Shown here piece after piece: positions 1-7,991 of a stretch of 55,010 nt of DNA (its first letter is position 1; every line of letters begins with the position of its first letter). Made by a program: the position numbers and the translations under genes. The DNA is taken from NCBI GenBank assembly GCA_964227855.1, contig CAXQWT010000116.1:1-55010 (forward strand). Direction: 5' to 3'. Origin of the DNA: Salipiger bermudensis (lineage in GTDB: Archaea; Thermoplasmatota; Poseidoniia; Poseidoniales; Poseidoniaceae). The notes under the pieces are model-generated. The model saw only the letters and a list, made by a program, of their open reading frames with translations. It searched no databases and was not told where the DNA came from.

Positions 1-1025
1 CCAATGAACAGGAAGCTCTCGCCAAAGACATTATTTTGGGGCAACTTCGTTTGACTGTCGCAAGTTTGACCATCGAACAAATCAACCAAGACCGAGATTC
101 ATTCCTTGAGCTCATTCGTGACAACGTTGGTGCGGAACTCCACAAGCTGGGACTCTATCTCATCAACGTCAACATCATCGATATTACTGACGAATCGAAC
201 TACATCGAAAGCATCGGTAAGAAGGCCGCTGCAGGTGCAGTCAACAAGGCTCTCGTCGACGTAGCCAATGCTGAGCGAGACGGTGCAATCGGTAAGGCAA
301 ACGCTGACCGAGAGCGTGAAGTTCAGGTTGCTCAAAACGTTGCTGAATCCGAGAAAGGAAAGAAGTCCGCAGAAGTCGACCGACGTGTTTTCGTTCAGCA
401 ACAAGAAGCAACTGGTGTACAGGGTGAGAACTTGTCTCGTGCTGAAATTGCTTCGTATCAAGCAGACCTCGAAGAGAAGGAAGCTGAGGCAATGCAACGT
501 GCGGAAGTTGCTCGACGTACTGCCGAGATGGAAGTCCAAAAGGCGCAATATATGCTTGAACAAGAGCGACTTCGTGCTGAAGAAATTGTCCGTGAGGAAA
601 TTTCCAAGACACAAATTGAGATCGCTGCAGAAGCAGAAGCCGAGCGCCAACGCCGAATCGCCCAAGGTGAGGCGGATGCTGTTCTTGCTCGTTACAATGC
701 TGAAGCCGAAGGTACCAAGGCGGTTCTTGAAGCAAAGGCGAACGGTTACAAGCAACTCGTTGCAAGTGCTGGTGGCGATGTCAAAGCCGCTGCTACGCTC
801 TTGATGGTTGAGAAGATTGAGGAGATTGTTGCTCGACAAACCGAGGCTATTTCCAACCTCCAAATCGACAAGATCACTGTTTGGGATTCAGGCAATGGTG
901 GCGAGGGTGGAAGCACTGCGAACTTCGTATCTTCCTTGATTCGTTCACTCCCTCCTGTTCATGACGTAGCCAAGATGGCTGGTGTAGACCTACCGGACTA
1001 TCTCGGTTCAATGAAGGAAGAGTGA
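1..1025 (+). CDS. Flotillin / SPFH (band 7) family protein, C-terminal part; the 5' end lies outside the window
   Basis: ORF 36..1025 stays open back to base 3 in the same frame, so the gene is cut by the window edge. The translation shows an SPFH-domain tail (LTIEQINQDRDSFLELIRDNV...LYLINVNIIDITDE). A long Ala/Glu/Arg-rich coiled coil (EAEAERQRRIAQGEADAVLARYNAEAEG) follows, as in flotillin/YqiK-like proteins. Confidence 0.8.
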   Translation, partial: NEQEALAKDIILGQLRLTVASLTIEQINQDRDSFLELIRDNVGAELHKLGLYLINVNIIDITDESNYIESIGKKAAAGAVNKALVDVANAERDGAIGKANADREREVQVAQNVAESEKGKKSAEVDRRVFVQQQEATGVQGENLSRAEIASYQADLEEKEAEAMQRAEVARRTAEMEVQKAQYMLEQERLRAEEIVREEISKTQIEIAAEAEAERQRRIAQGEADAVLARYNAEAEGTKAVLEAKANGYKQLVASAGGDVKAAATLLMVEKIEEIVARQTEAISNLQIDKITVWDSGNGGEGGSTANFVSSLIRSLPPVHDVAKMAGVDLPDYLGSMKEE

Positions 1026-1060
1026 ATCCGTTAGATTGAAACTCATCGTAAAACGATGGG

Positions 1061-1087
1061 TCAACCCAGAATACAGGGGTTGATTTG
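1061..1087 (+). terminator. Candidate hairpin terminator after the flotillin gene
   Basis: A 7-bp stem (tcaaccc 1061-1067 / gggttga 1077-1083) has a 9-nt loop and is followed by tttg. It lies 36 nt after the stop at 1025. Confidence 0.3.
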
Positions 1088-1095
1088 ATAGCCGA

Positions 1096-2829
1096 ATGGA
1101 CATGCAGGTGTTCATGGCAAGTGATTTGGAGATTGCTCGTGCAGCCCAACTGGAACCTATTGAGACCATTGCATGGAAATTAGGTATTCCTTCAGGAGAA
1201 CTAATTCCGCATGGCCAATACATGGCAAAACTCAGTTGGGAAGGGATGAAACAACGATTCGATACAGCGAAAGGAAACCTTATTCTCGTCACATCGGTTA
1301 ATCCTACTCCGTTTGGGGAAGGGAAAACTGTAACCACGATTGGATTGACGCAAGCCTTGTGCAAAATTGGAAAGAATGCAACGTGTGTCATACGTGAGCC
1401 TTCGATGGGTCCTGTCTTTGGTATTAAGGGAGGGGCTGCCGGCGGAGGTCAGTCACAAGTTCTCCCAATGGAAGAAATCAATCTCCATTTTACGGGTGAT
1501 CTACATGCAGTAACCTCTGCACACAATCTCCTATCTTCTCTCATCGACAACCACATCAAGCACGGAAATGCGTGCAACATTGATGCAAACCGAGTCTTTT
1601 GGCCGCGCGTGGTTGATCTGAACGACCGCTCACTGCGAGAGGTTGTGATTGGGCTCGGAGGCCCAGCAAATGGAAACGTTCGACAAGATCGATTCGACAT
1701 TACAGCTGCTTCTGAAATCATGGCTATTCTTGTTCTTGCCAAAGATTACGCCGATCTACGAAAGCGCCTTGGAGAAATCGTCATCGCTGAATCGATGGAA
1801 GGACATCCAGTTAAATCAGAGCACATTGAAGCAGCCGGAGCAATGGCATTGCTTCTTCGAAATGCCTTTCTTCCGAATCTTGTTCAAACGCTGGAAGGCA
1901 ATCCTGCTTTCATTCACGGCGGTCCATTCGCAAACATTGCTCATGGGAATTCATCCATCGTTGCAGATCGTATTGCACTTTCATGTGCAGACTATGTCGT
2001 TACAGAGGCTGGGTTTGGTAGTGACATGGGGGCTGAAAAATTCATGCACATCAAGGCGAATACATCTGGTAAGGCTCCAGATTGTGTCGTTATGAACGTC
2101 ACAGTTCGCTCCATGAAGTTGCATGGAAAGGCGTTTGGAGAACGAGGTGGATATCGTCCCTCGAAGGAGGAATTGGAAACCGAAAATGTCCAGGCAGTCA
2201 TCGCTGGAGCGACCTCCAATCTTGATCGTCATATCAGCAACATGGCCCGGTTCGGAGTTCCTGTTGTTGTTTCCATCAACCAATTCACAAGCGATACTGA
2301 AGCAGAACTTGAGGCAATCGAAACTGCGGCTCGTTCAAGCGGTGCTGCTCGAGTTTGTCGAACCGAGGTCCATGCCAAGGGCGGTGAAGGTGGAGCAGCA
2401 CTTGCTAACGCAGTTGTAGAAGCCATTCACGATCACGTTGCTGCAGGACGTCCATTCCTCCCACTTGTTGCACCTAGTGATTCTGTTGAAGACAAGGTAA
2501 ACGCTATTGCAACTCGCATGTATGGAGCAGCGAGTGTTCAAATCGAAACAGCCGCAAAGCGACAGTTGAAGAAAATCCAAGATTGGGGGTACGGAAATTT
2601 GCCGGTTTGCATGGCAAAGACACAGTACTCGTTTTCCCATGATGCGGGTATGCTTGGGGCTCCGAGTGGGTTTGACTTACCTGTACGTGAATTCCGTTTG
2701 AATGCAGGAGCAGGTTTTGTTGTTGCTGTTCTTGGCTCGATGATGACCATGCCTGGCCTTCCAAAACGACCTGCTGCCAACGATATGGATATGGATGAGG
2801 ACGGACACCTCAAGGGTGTCTTCGGGTGA
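1096..2829 (+). CDS. fhs: Formate--tetrahydrofolate ligase (formyl-THF synthetase)
   Basis: This is a 577-aa ORF with the family pattern SDLEIARAAQLEPI...VTSVNPTPFGEGKTVTTIGL...GGPFANIAHGNSS...PVCMAKTQYSFSHD. The true start may be the ATG at 1114 (MASDLEIA), which is preceded by AGGTG. Confidence 0.93.
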   Translation: MDMQVFMASDLEIARAAQLEPIETIAWKLGIPSGELIPHGQYMAKLSWEGMKQRFDTAKGNLILVTSVNPTPFGEGKTVTTIGLTQALCKIGKNATCVIREPSMGPVFGIKGGAAGGGQSQVLPMEEINLHFTGDLHAVTSAHNLLSSLIDNHIKHGNACNIDANRVFWPRVVDLNDRSLREVVIGLGGPANGNVRQDRFDITAASEIMAILVLAKDYADLRKRLGEIVIAESMEGHPVKSEHIEAAGAMALLLRNAFLPNLVQTLEGNPAFIHGGPFANIAHGNSSIVADRIALSCADYVVTEAGFGSDMGAEKFMHIKANTSGKAPDCVVMNVTVRSMKLHGKAFGERGGYRPSKEELETENVQAVIAGATSNLDRHISNMARFGVPVVVSINQFTSDTEAELEAIETAARSSGAARVCRTEVHAKGGEGGAALANAVVEAIHDHVAAGRPFLPLVAPSDSVEDKVNAIATRMYGAASVQIETAAKRQLKKIQDWGYGNLPVCMAKTQYSFSHDAGMLGAPSGFDLPVREFRLNAGAGFVVAVLGSMMTMPGLPKRPAANDMDMDEDGHLKGVFG

Positions 2830-2835
2830 ACATCG

Positions 2836-3900
2836 ATGCATATTCTCAATCAGAGCGAAAATCATTGGAAGCTTCGGATTGAATCTGAGGACGATTTGTG
2901 GGTTCTTGCACGACTTGCCTCCAAGGGCCGTCATCTTGCTATGCTTGGCGAACGAAGAGACACTACTACAGCGGAATCTGGGTCAAGAGCAAAGGCCGCT
3001 GAACGGAAAAAGATGTGGATTGAATTGAGAATCCTCACAACTGAATATCAATCGTATTCGAATCTGCTTCGTGTTCATGGAACCATCGAGCAGGCACCAT
3101 TGGACATTGGATCGCATCATACACACCTGATTGAAGTTGGAGATGATATTGAACTGATTTCAAATGAACCGTATCCAGATTTCGATATTGCTCTTCTCAA
3201 AGATGCTGTTGATTCAAGCAACAGAAGCAACATTTCAGTCGTTGTCGTTGAGAATGATGAAATCGTCTTGTTTGAAATTACATCAAGAGGACTTCGTGAG
3301 GGAGCAACCTGGACAATGCGTGGTGGAGGAAAGCGAGGTGATGTCCGGACCAGTGAAGCAGTTGCACAATCCTTCCAGAAACAGGTTGCCAAAGAAATCC
3401 TTGCTGCAACCAATTCAGAATTGCCGATGATTCTGTGCGGACCCGGTCATGCGCGAGAAAAGCTCAAAACGGTCATTCTTGACGCTGAACCCGAACGAAA
3501 TCTACGGTTGATTGCTACATCAATGGCAGGCCGTTCCGGTGCAAATGAGGTCCTACGAGACGGATTGGCGAATGAATTTCTTGAAGACCATGCCATCAAT
3601 AAAGAAATGCAATTGCTTGAAGAGGTGTGGAGTCGAATTAGTTCCAACGGAGCCGTAGCCTATGGCCATCAAGACCTTGCTCGAGCCATGAGCGAAGGGG
3701 CGATTGAAACTCTCCTCGTTGCAGTAGATCTCCTTCGAGATGAAGAAACACAGATTGATGGTCAGTTAGTGAGTATATGGATTCGTGGCCTCGATGACAT
3801 TGGAGGGACGCTCGTTCAATGTTCGACGGATCATGATTCAGGAGAGCAACTCTTGGGCTTGGGCGGTATCGTTGCATTACTGCGTTACAAGATGGTGTAG
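2836..3900 (+). CDS. pelA: Pelota / Dom34-type mRNA surveillance (ribosome rescue) protein
   Basis: The 354-aa ORF has an N-terminus (HWKLRIESEDDLWVLARL) and overall length typical of archaeal Pelota. A GGTGA motif lies 6 nt upstream of the ATG. Confidence 0.85.
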   Translation: MHILNQSENHWKLRIESEDDLWVLARLASKGRHLAMLGERRDTTTAESGSRAKAAERKKMWIELRILTTEYQSYSNLLRVHGTIEQAPLDIGSHHTHLIEVGDDIELISNEPYPDFDIALLKDAVDSSNRSNISVVVVENDEIVLFEITSRGLREGATWTMRGGGKRGDVRTSEAVAQSFQKQVAKEILAATNSELPMILCGPGHAREKLKTVILDAEPERNLRLIATSMAGRSGANEVLRDGLANEFLEDHAINKEMQLLEEVWSRISSNGAVAYGHQDLARAMSEGAIETLLVAVDLLRDEETQIDGQLVSIWIRGLDDIGGTLVQCSTDHDSGEQLLGLGGIVALLRYKMV

Positions 3901-3903
3901 AAG

Positions 3904-4209
3904 ATGAAAATCGTCCACTTTTCTGAACTCGTTACCGATGTTCGGGATTCCATGAAAGGAGCACGGTGGATTCTTCTCGAACAGGACGACATCAAGAATG
4001 CACTTCCAGCACTCATGTTCGCTGAATTGGATGGCGTATTGGTTGCTGTCGACCACAGAAAGTCAACGCCTGATGATGGTTTGTGGCAACGCGCAGTTCA
4101 CCTACTTCTTGTATCGAGTAGTGAAGATGCAGATCAAATCCGATTGAAGAGTGGAATTACCAAGGTGATTTCCAGCGATAACGCAACGTTAGAAGACCAT
4201 CTATGGTAA
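3904..4209 (+). CDS. Hypothetical 101-aa protein, probably co-translated with pelota (3-nt gap)
   Basis: The ORF has a GGTG motif just upstream. I recognised no family motif. Its stop codon abuts the 3' end of the tRNA-Val on the opposite strand. Confidence 0.5.
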   Translation: MKIVHFSELVTDVRDSMKGARWILLEQDDIKNALPALMFAELDGVLVAVDHRKSTPDDGLWQRAVHLLLVSSSEDADQIRLKSGITKVISSDNATLEDHLW

Positions 4210-4283
4210 TGGGTCCGGAGGGAATTGAACCCTCGATCTTCGCCTTGTAAGGGCGACGTCATAAACCCCTAGACCACAGACCC
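4210..4283 (-). tRNA. tRNA-Val (anticodon UAC)
   Basis: The reverse complement reads GGGTCTGTGGTCTAGGGGTTTATGACGTCGCCCTTACAAGGCGAAGATCGAGGGTTCAATTCCCTCCGGACCCA. It has a 7-bp acceptor stem and a GGTTCAATTCC T-arm. The anticodon stem is TCGCC/GGCGA and the loop is CTTACAA. It is 74 nt, with no intron and no encoded CCA. Confidence 0.9.
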
Positions 4284-4342
4284 AACCATCCGTCGTCGGT
4301 GTCGTATTTGAAACGCTTGGCAATGCAATAACCTCAAAACGG

Positions 4343-5065
4343 ATGCATTGTCACGGTTGGGCAATGGACGAAGAGGCTCAAGCCGCTGCGGCCCGATTGG
4401 TTCGCCGTCTGAAAGATGGTTACACCATTACCATCGCTGAATCTTGTACTGGCGGTTTACTGGCAAGTACTCTTACGGACATTGCAGGCGCAAGCAAGTG
4501 GTTCAATCAATCATGGGTTACGTACTCCTATGATGCTAAAATTCGTGAACTGAATGTTGACCCAAAGACTCTCGAAAAACGAGGAGCAGTATCTGCTGAA
4601 GTTGCGATTCAAATGGCGCAAGGGGCCTTAGCAAGGGCAAATGCAGACATTGCAATCTCCATTACAGGTATTGCTGGGCCAAGTAACGATGGTACCAACA
4701 AAAAGGTCGGTTACGTCTATGTCGGAATCGCATCACGTACATGGGCGATTTCTGAAGCAACACAAATTGGAGGAAGTCGACAGGAGAATAAGGAAGGATT
4801 CGTGCATTTCGCTCTTCTTACAGCCATACGACATTGGGATCAGGCAATGGAACTTGCAGAGCAAAGCCTACAAAATGAGATTAAACAACGTGAAGAAGAA
4901 GCTCGTATCAAAGCACTTGATGAGATTGCTAGGAATCAACGAGCGGCCGCGGCCGCAAAATCGGCAGAATGGCAGTCACAATCATGGTCTGGAAAATCCA
5001 ATGGAGATTCTGATGGAAATCTTGGTACGGACGTTGAATGGTCCGGAGATTCAGCAAACGAATGA
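4343..5065 (+). CDS. CinA C-terminal domain / PncC-like nicotinamide-nucleotide amidohydrolase with a charged C-terminal extension
   Basis: The signature ITIAESCTGGLLASTLTDIAGAS...ISITGIAGP is present. The ATG at 4364 (MDEEAQ) is an alternative start. The last ~80 aa form a charged, coiled-coil-like tail rich in Trp and Ser. Confidence 0.8.
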   Translation: MHCHGWAMDEEAQAAAARLVRRLKDGYTITIAESCTGGLLASTLTDIAGASKWFNQSWVTYSYDAKIRELNVDPKTLEKRGAVSAEVAIQMAQGALARANADIAISITGIAGPSNDGTNKKVGYVYVGIASRTWAISEATQIGGSRQENKEGFVHFALLTAIRHWDQAMELAEQSLQNEIKQREEEARIKALDEIARNQRAAAAAKSAEWQSQSWSGKSNGDSDGNLGTDVEWSGDSANE

Positions 5066-5104
5066 ACATGAAGCCTTTTGGAGGGTCGCCTCCCATTGAC
5101 ATTC

Positions 5105-6685
5105 ATGACTGCGGAATGGGGGTTGATTTCGCAGGAGTTGATGAAACGCGGAATTCTCGTAACCACGGGTGTGAAGGAGAAATTACTGTCCTTAGATGAC
5201 CCATTAAGCGTACTCAACCAAGCATCATCGGTAGGATTTCAACGCGGGATGCTATCGGTCGAAATGCTTGATCAAATGATCGATGCGTCATCTTCGACGC
5301 AGGTACCTGAAGTGGGAGCTCTGAGCGTGCCGATTGGGAGAACAATTGCACCAATAAAAGAGCCTGAACCAGTTCAAATCCAGTATCGAAACAATCTTCC
5401 AGATTGGAGCGAAAAGAATTTCTCAGGCATTGCAACTGATGTTGACAATGACATATTTGTTCATTATGACATCACTGGGAACAGTACAACAGAGGGGAAA
5501 ATGGGGCATATCCAAGCATGCTTTAACGACAGATTGGAAAGTATCCGTAAAATGATTGTCAAGAACTCCAGACTGCCAAGAAAGCCTCAGGAAATAGGGC
5601 GTTTGAATACAGAATATCGCCGATATCAAGGCTATGAAAATCTTGCAGTGGCGATTGGACTGGTCAACGATCCAAGGCACACGAAAAATGGTCATCTTAT
5701 GTTTGGCCTTGAGGATGAAACTGGAGAAATGAATTGTTTGCTGACCATTCGTCAAGGTGATGATCGAGATAGGATGCATGAACAAGTTGTCGAAGCTGGA
5801 TTGATGCCTGATGATGTTCTTGGTGTGAGTGGTTCATTTTCACAAACAGGGGACATCTTCTACGTCGATGATTTGTTTTTCCCGATGAAAGATCAACACC
5901 AGAAAAAGAGTTCAGATATTGGAGTCAGCGTGGCATTCTTGTCTGACATTCACGTAGGTTCGAAGACTTTCCTCGAAGCGCAATGGCATAAGATGGTTCG
6001 ATGGTTCCACACAGACCCACTTGCAAAGACCATCAAATATCTGATTTTGAGCGGTGATTGTGTCGATGGTGTAGGTATTTATCCAGGCCAAGATAAAGAA
6101 CTAGCAATCCCAGATTTGTTTGGCCAATACAGTGAATTTGCAAGGCTGTTGGAGCTTCTTCCAGATTGGGTTGAATGCGTTATGCTCCCTGGCAACCATG
6201 ATGCAGTTCGCCCAGCAGAACCACAACCGACATTCGAGAAAGATATTCAGCAAGATTACAACAAAACGACTTTCGTTGGTAATCCTTGTGACTTTTCATT
6301 GCATGGTGTTCGGTTGCTATCGTACCACGGAAAGTCAATCGACGATTTCGTGGCTGGCTTGCGGACAGTCACCTATTCAGAACCTGTGGAAGCAATGCGA
6401 CAGATGCTAAGACGGCGACATTTAGCACCTCAATGGGGGGGTAAGACGCCGTTATCTCCAGAACTTGAAGACGGCCTCGTCATACGAGAAGTTCCTGATA
6501 TATTTGTGACAGGCCACGTACATGGCCATGCATGCTTAGATTTCAGAGGAACAACGCTCGTATGTTCCTCTACATGGCAAGATCAAACCTCATATCAGAA
6601 GATGCTCGGGTTCCAACCTAAACCATGCATGCTCACAATCGTGAACTTACAATCACACAAGTCAACATCAATTCCCTTCGCTTGA
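5105..6685 (+). CDS. DNA polymerase II (PolD) small subunit DP1
   Basis: The ORF has an OB-fold-like middle region and a calcineurin-like phosphoesterase C-terminus (FLSDIHVGS...LILSGDCVDG...LPGNHDA...VTGHVHG), with length typical of archaeal DP1. The ORF track begins at a TTG at 5078. I prefer the ATG at 5105 (MTAEWGLISQEL). Confidence 0.88.
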   Translation: MTAEWGLISQELMKRGILVTTGVKEKLLSLDDPLSVLNQASSVGFQRGMLSVEMLDQMIDASSSTQVPEVGALSVPIGRTIAPIKEPEPVQIQYRNNLPDWSEKNFSGIATDVDNDIFVHYDITGNSTTEGKMGHIQACFNDRLESIRKMIVKNSRLPRKPQEIGRLNTEYRRYQGYENLAVAIGLVNDPRHTKNGHLMFGLEDETGEMNCLLTIRQGDDRDRMHEQVVEAGLMPDDVLGVSGSFSQTGDIFYVDDLFFPMKDQHQKKSSDIGVSVAFLSDIHVGSKTFLEAQWHKMVRWFHTDPLAKTIKYLILSGDCVDGVGIYPGQDKELAIPDLFGQYSEFARLLELLPDWVECVMLPGNHDAVRPAEPQPTFEKDIQQDYNKTTFVGNPCDFSLHGVRLLSYHGKSIDDFVAGLRTVTYSEPVEAMRQMLRRRHLAPQWGGKTPLSPELEDGLVIREVPDIFVTGHVHGHACLDFRGTTLVCSSTWQDQTSYQKMLGFQPKPCMLTIVNLQSHKSTSIPFA

Positions 6686-7348
6686 TGTAAGATTGATGTG
6701 CTCGAGAATCTTAGAGAGATTCTTTTCTGTAACAATTGGAACATTTGCTTCAACAAAAGCATTGAGTGACGATTCACGACTTGGATTGAAGCCGATGAAA
6801 TGACTACCTGGAATCATCATTGAGAGATCCATCTCTGAATCACCGACGGATACGATTTCATCAGCTGAAAAACCATGCATCTTCATCAATCGATGAATAA
6901 CATCGCCTTTTCCACTTGCATGAAGTCGGCATACGCCGTCATCTGAAAGATAACCTTCATCATCAAATTCGAAGCCATTGGCAATCCAATCATCAACTTT
7001 GAGCATAGCAGCAATACTGCTTACGAACAAATCAACTCCTGCACTGACAATAGCAACGTAAATCCCTGCATCCTGCAATTCCTGTACGGTTTCACGGGCA
7101 CCCTTCATCAGAGCGATACCAGAATACAATCGGAAAAGCTCGTCTTTGTGAATTGGATCTTGAATGGCCTTCCACATTGCAATATCGGAACGCATGAACT
7201 CAACATCGGTTAGTTCACCAGCAATAAATCGTGAGAGGTTCTTGCTGTTGTCTGTTCCAAATCCATCGTGCAGTGTTTTCCATGAACTCACAGAGTCCAC
7301 GAGGACTCCATCACAATCAAAAACGACACACCGACAAGGGATGACCAT
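6668..7348 (-). CDS. HAD-superfamily hydrolase, phosphoserine-phosphatase-like (HAD-IB)
   Basis: HAD motif I (VVFDCDGVLVDS) and motif IV (VGDSEMDLSM) are present. The 3' end overlaps the convergent DP1 gene by 18 nt. Confidence 0.7.
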   Translation of the reverse strand: MVIPCRCVVFDCDGVLVDSVSSWKTLHDGFGTDNSKNLSRFIAGELTDVEFMRSDIAMWKAIQDPIHKDELFRLYSGIALMKGARETVQELQDAGIYVAIVSAGVDLFVSSIAAMLKVDDWIANGFEFDDEGYLSDDGVCRLHASGKGDVIHRLMKMHGFSADEIVSVGDSEMDLSMMIPGSHFIGFNPSRESSLNAFVEANVPIVTEKNLSKILEHINLTSSEGN

Positions 7349-7401
7349 ATGCCAACCCTAGAGTTGCTTGCTTGAAAGCATTCGCATGGTTCCAGAAGAT
7401 T

Positions 7402-7429
7402 GGGCCGGTGGCAGCAAGGCCACCGGCCC
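7402..7429 (-). terminator. Perfect 11-bp GC-rich hairpin downstream of the giant ORF
   Basis: The arms gggccggtggc (7402-7412) and gccaccggccc (7419-7429) enclose a 6-nt loop, 29 nt after the stop at 7458. No clear U-run follows, so terminator function is uncertain. Confidence 0.35.
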
Positions 7430-7457
7430 ATCAACTGTTCTCAGTCGTTCCTGAACT

Positions 7458-7991
7458 TCAGACGATCTTGTTGAACTCGAGCTCTTGGTACGTCTTGATG
7501 ACGGACCCTTCACCTGGACCTGGTTGGTAGGTGATACGGATGGTAGCATCCGTAAGCGCCTGACCATCAGGAGCGTGAGTTCGTACGAAGATTTGGTCTC
7601 CGATTCCGAAGGTAGATTCCTTGAAACTGCCTTGGTTCTCGACCTTGTCAACGAATGTCACAAACGCATCGCTGTTCGATGGATTGAATCCATAGACGTT
7701 GCTTGTGTTTGAGAGCAGTGTTGCGTAGGAGGTTCGAACACCATCTGAGTTGGTGTACAGGACTGTTACAGTAACAGCTGCTGTAGCCAATTCAGCTTCG
7801 GTTTGATCAACTGTGATTGCCCAGTATCCATCTGCAGTACCAAGTTCCTTGTTCTCGATGTCGAAGGTGACTCGAGGAACACCCAACTTTCCAGTCTCAG
7901 CGAGAGAAGATGCCCACACGTAGATTACACCAGAAAGGACGACAGTGATTGCAACCATAAGGATGGTAGCGATAACTGGGCTGACAGCCAT
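7458..7991 (-). other. Archaeal type IV pilin-like module (class III signal-peptide-type N-terminus plus ~150-aa domain), encoded in frame at the 3' end of the giant ORF
   Basis: The codons from the ATG at 7991 read MAVSPVIATILMVAITVVLSGVIYVWASSL..., the hallmark N-terminus of archaeal pilin-like (Pilin_N/DUF1628-type) proteins. It is preceded in frame by a TM helix (8055-8111) and an acidic linker (7992-8054). A GAGGA motif lies 4 nt upstream of this ATG. Confidence 0.6.

Noticed and set aside
99-863. ORFs 99-863 (-), 241-765 (-) and 268-804 (+), which overlap the flotillin gene.
   Set aside because: These are shadow frames of a clearly recognisable SPFH/flotillin coding sequence, and their translations have no protein-like features.
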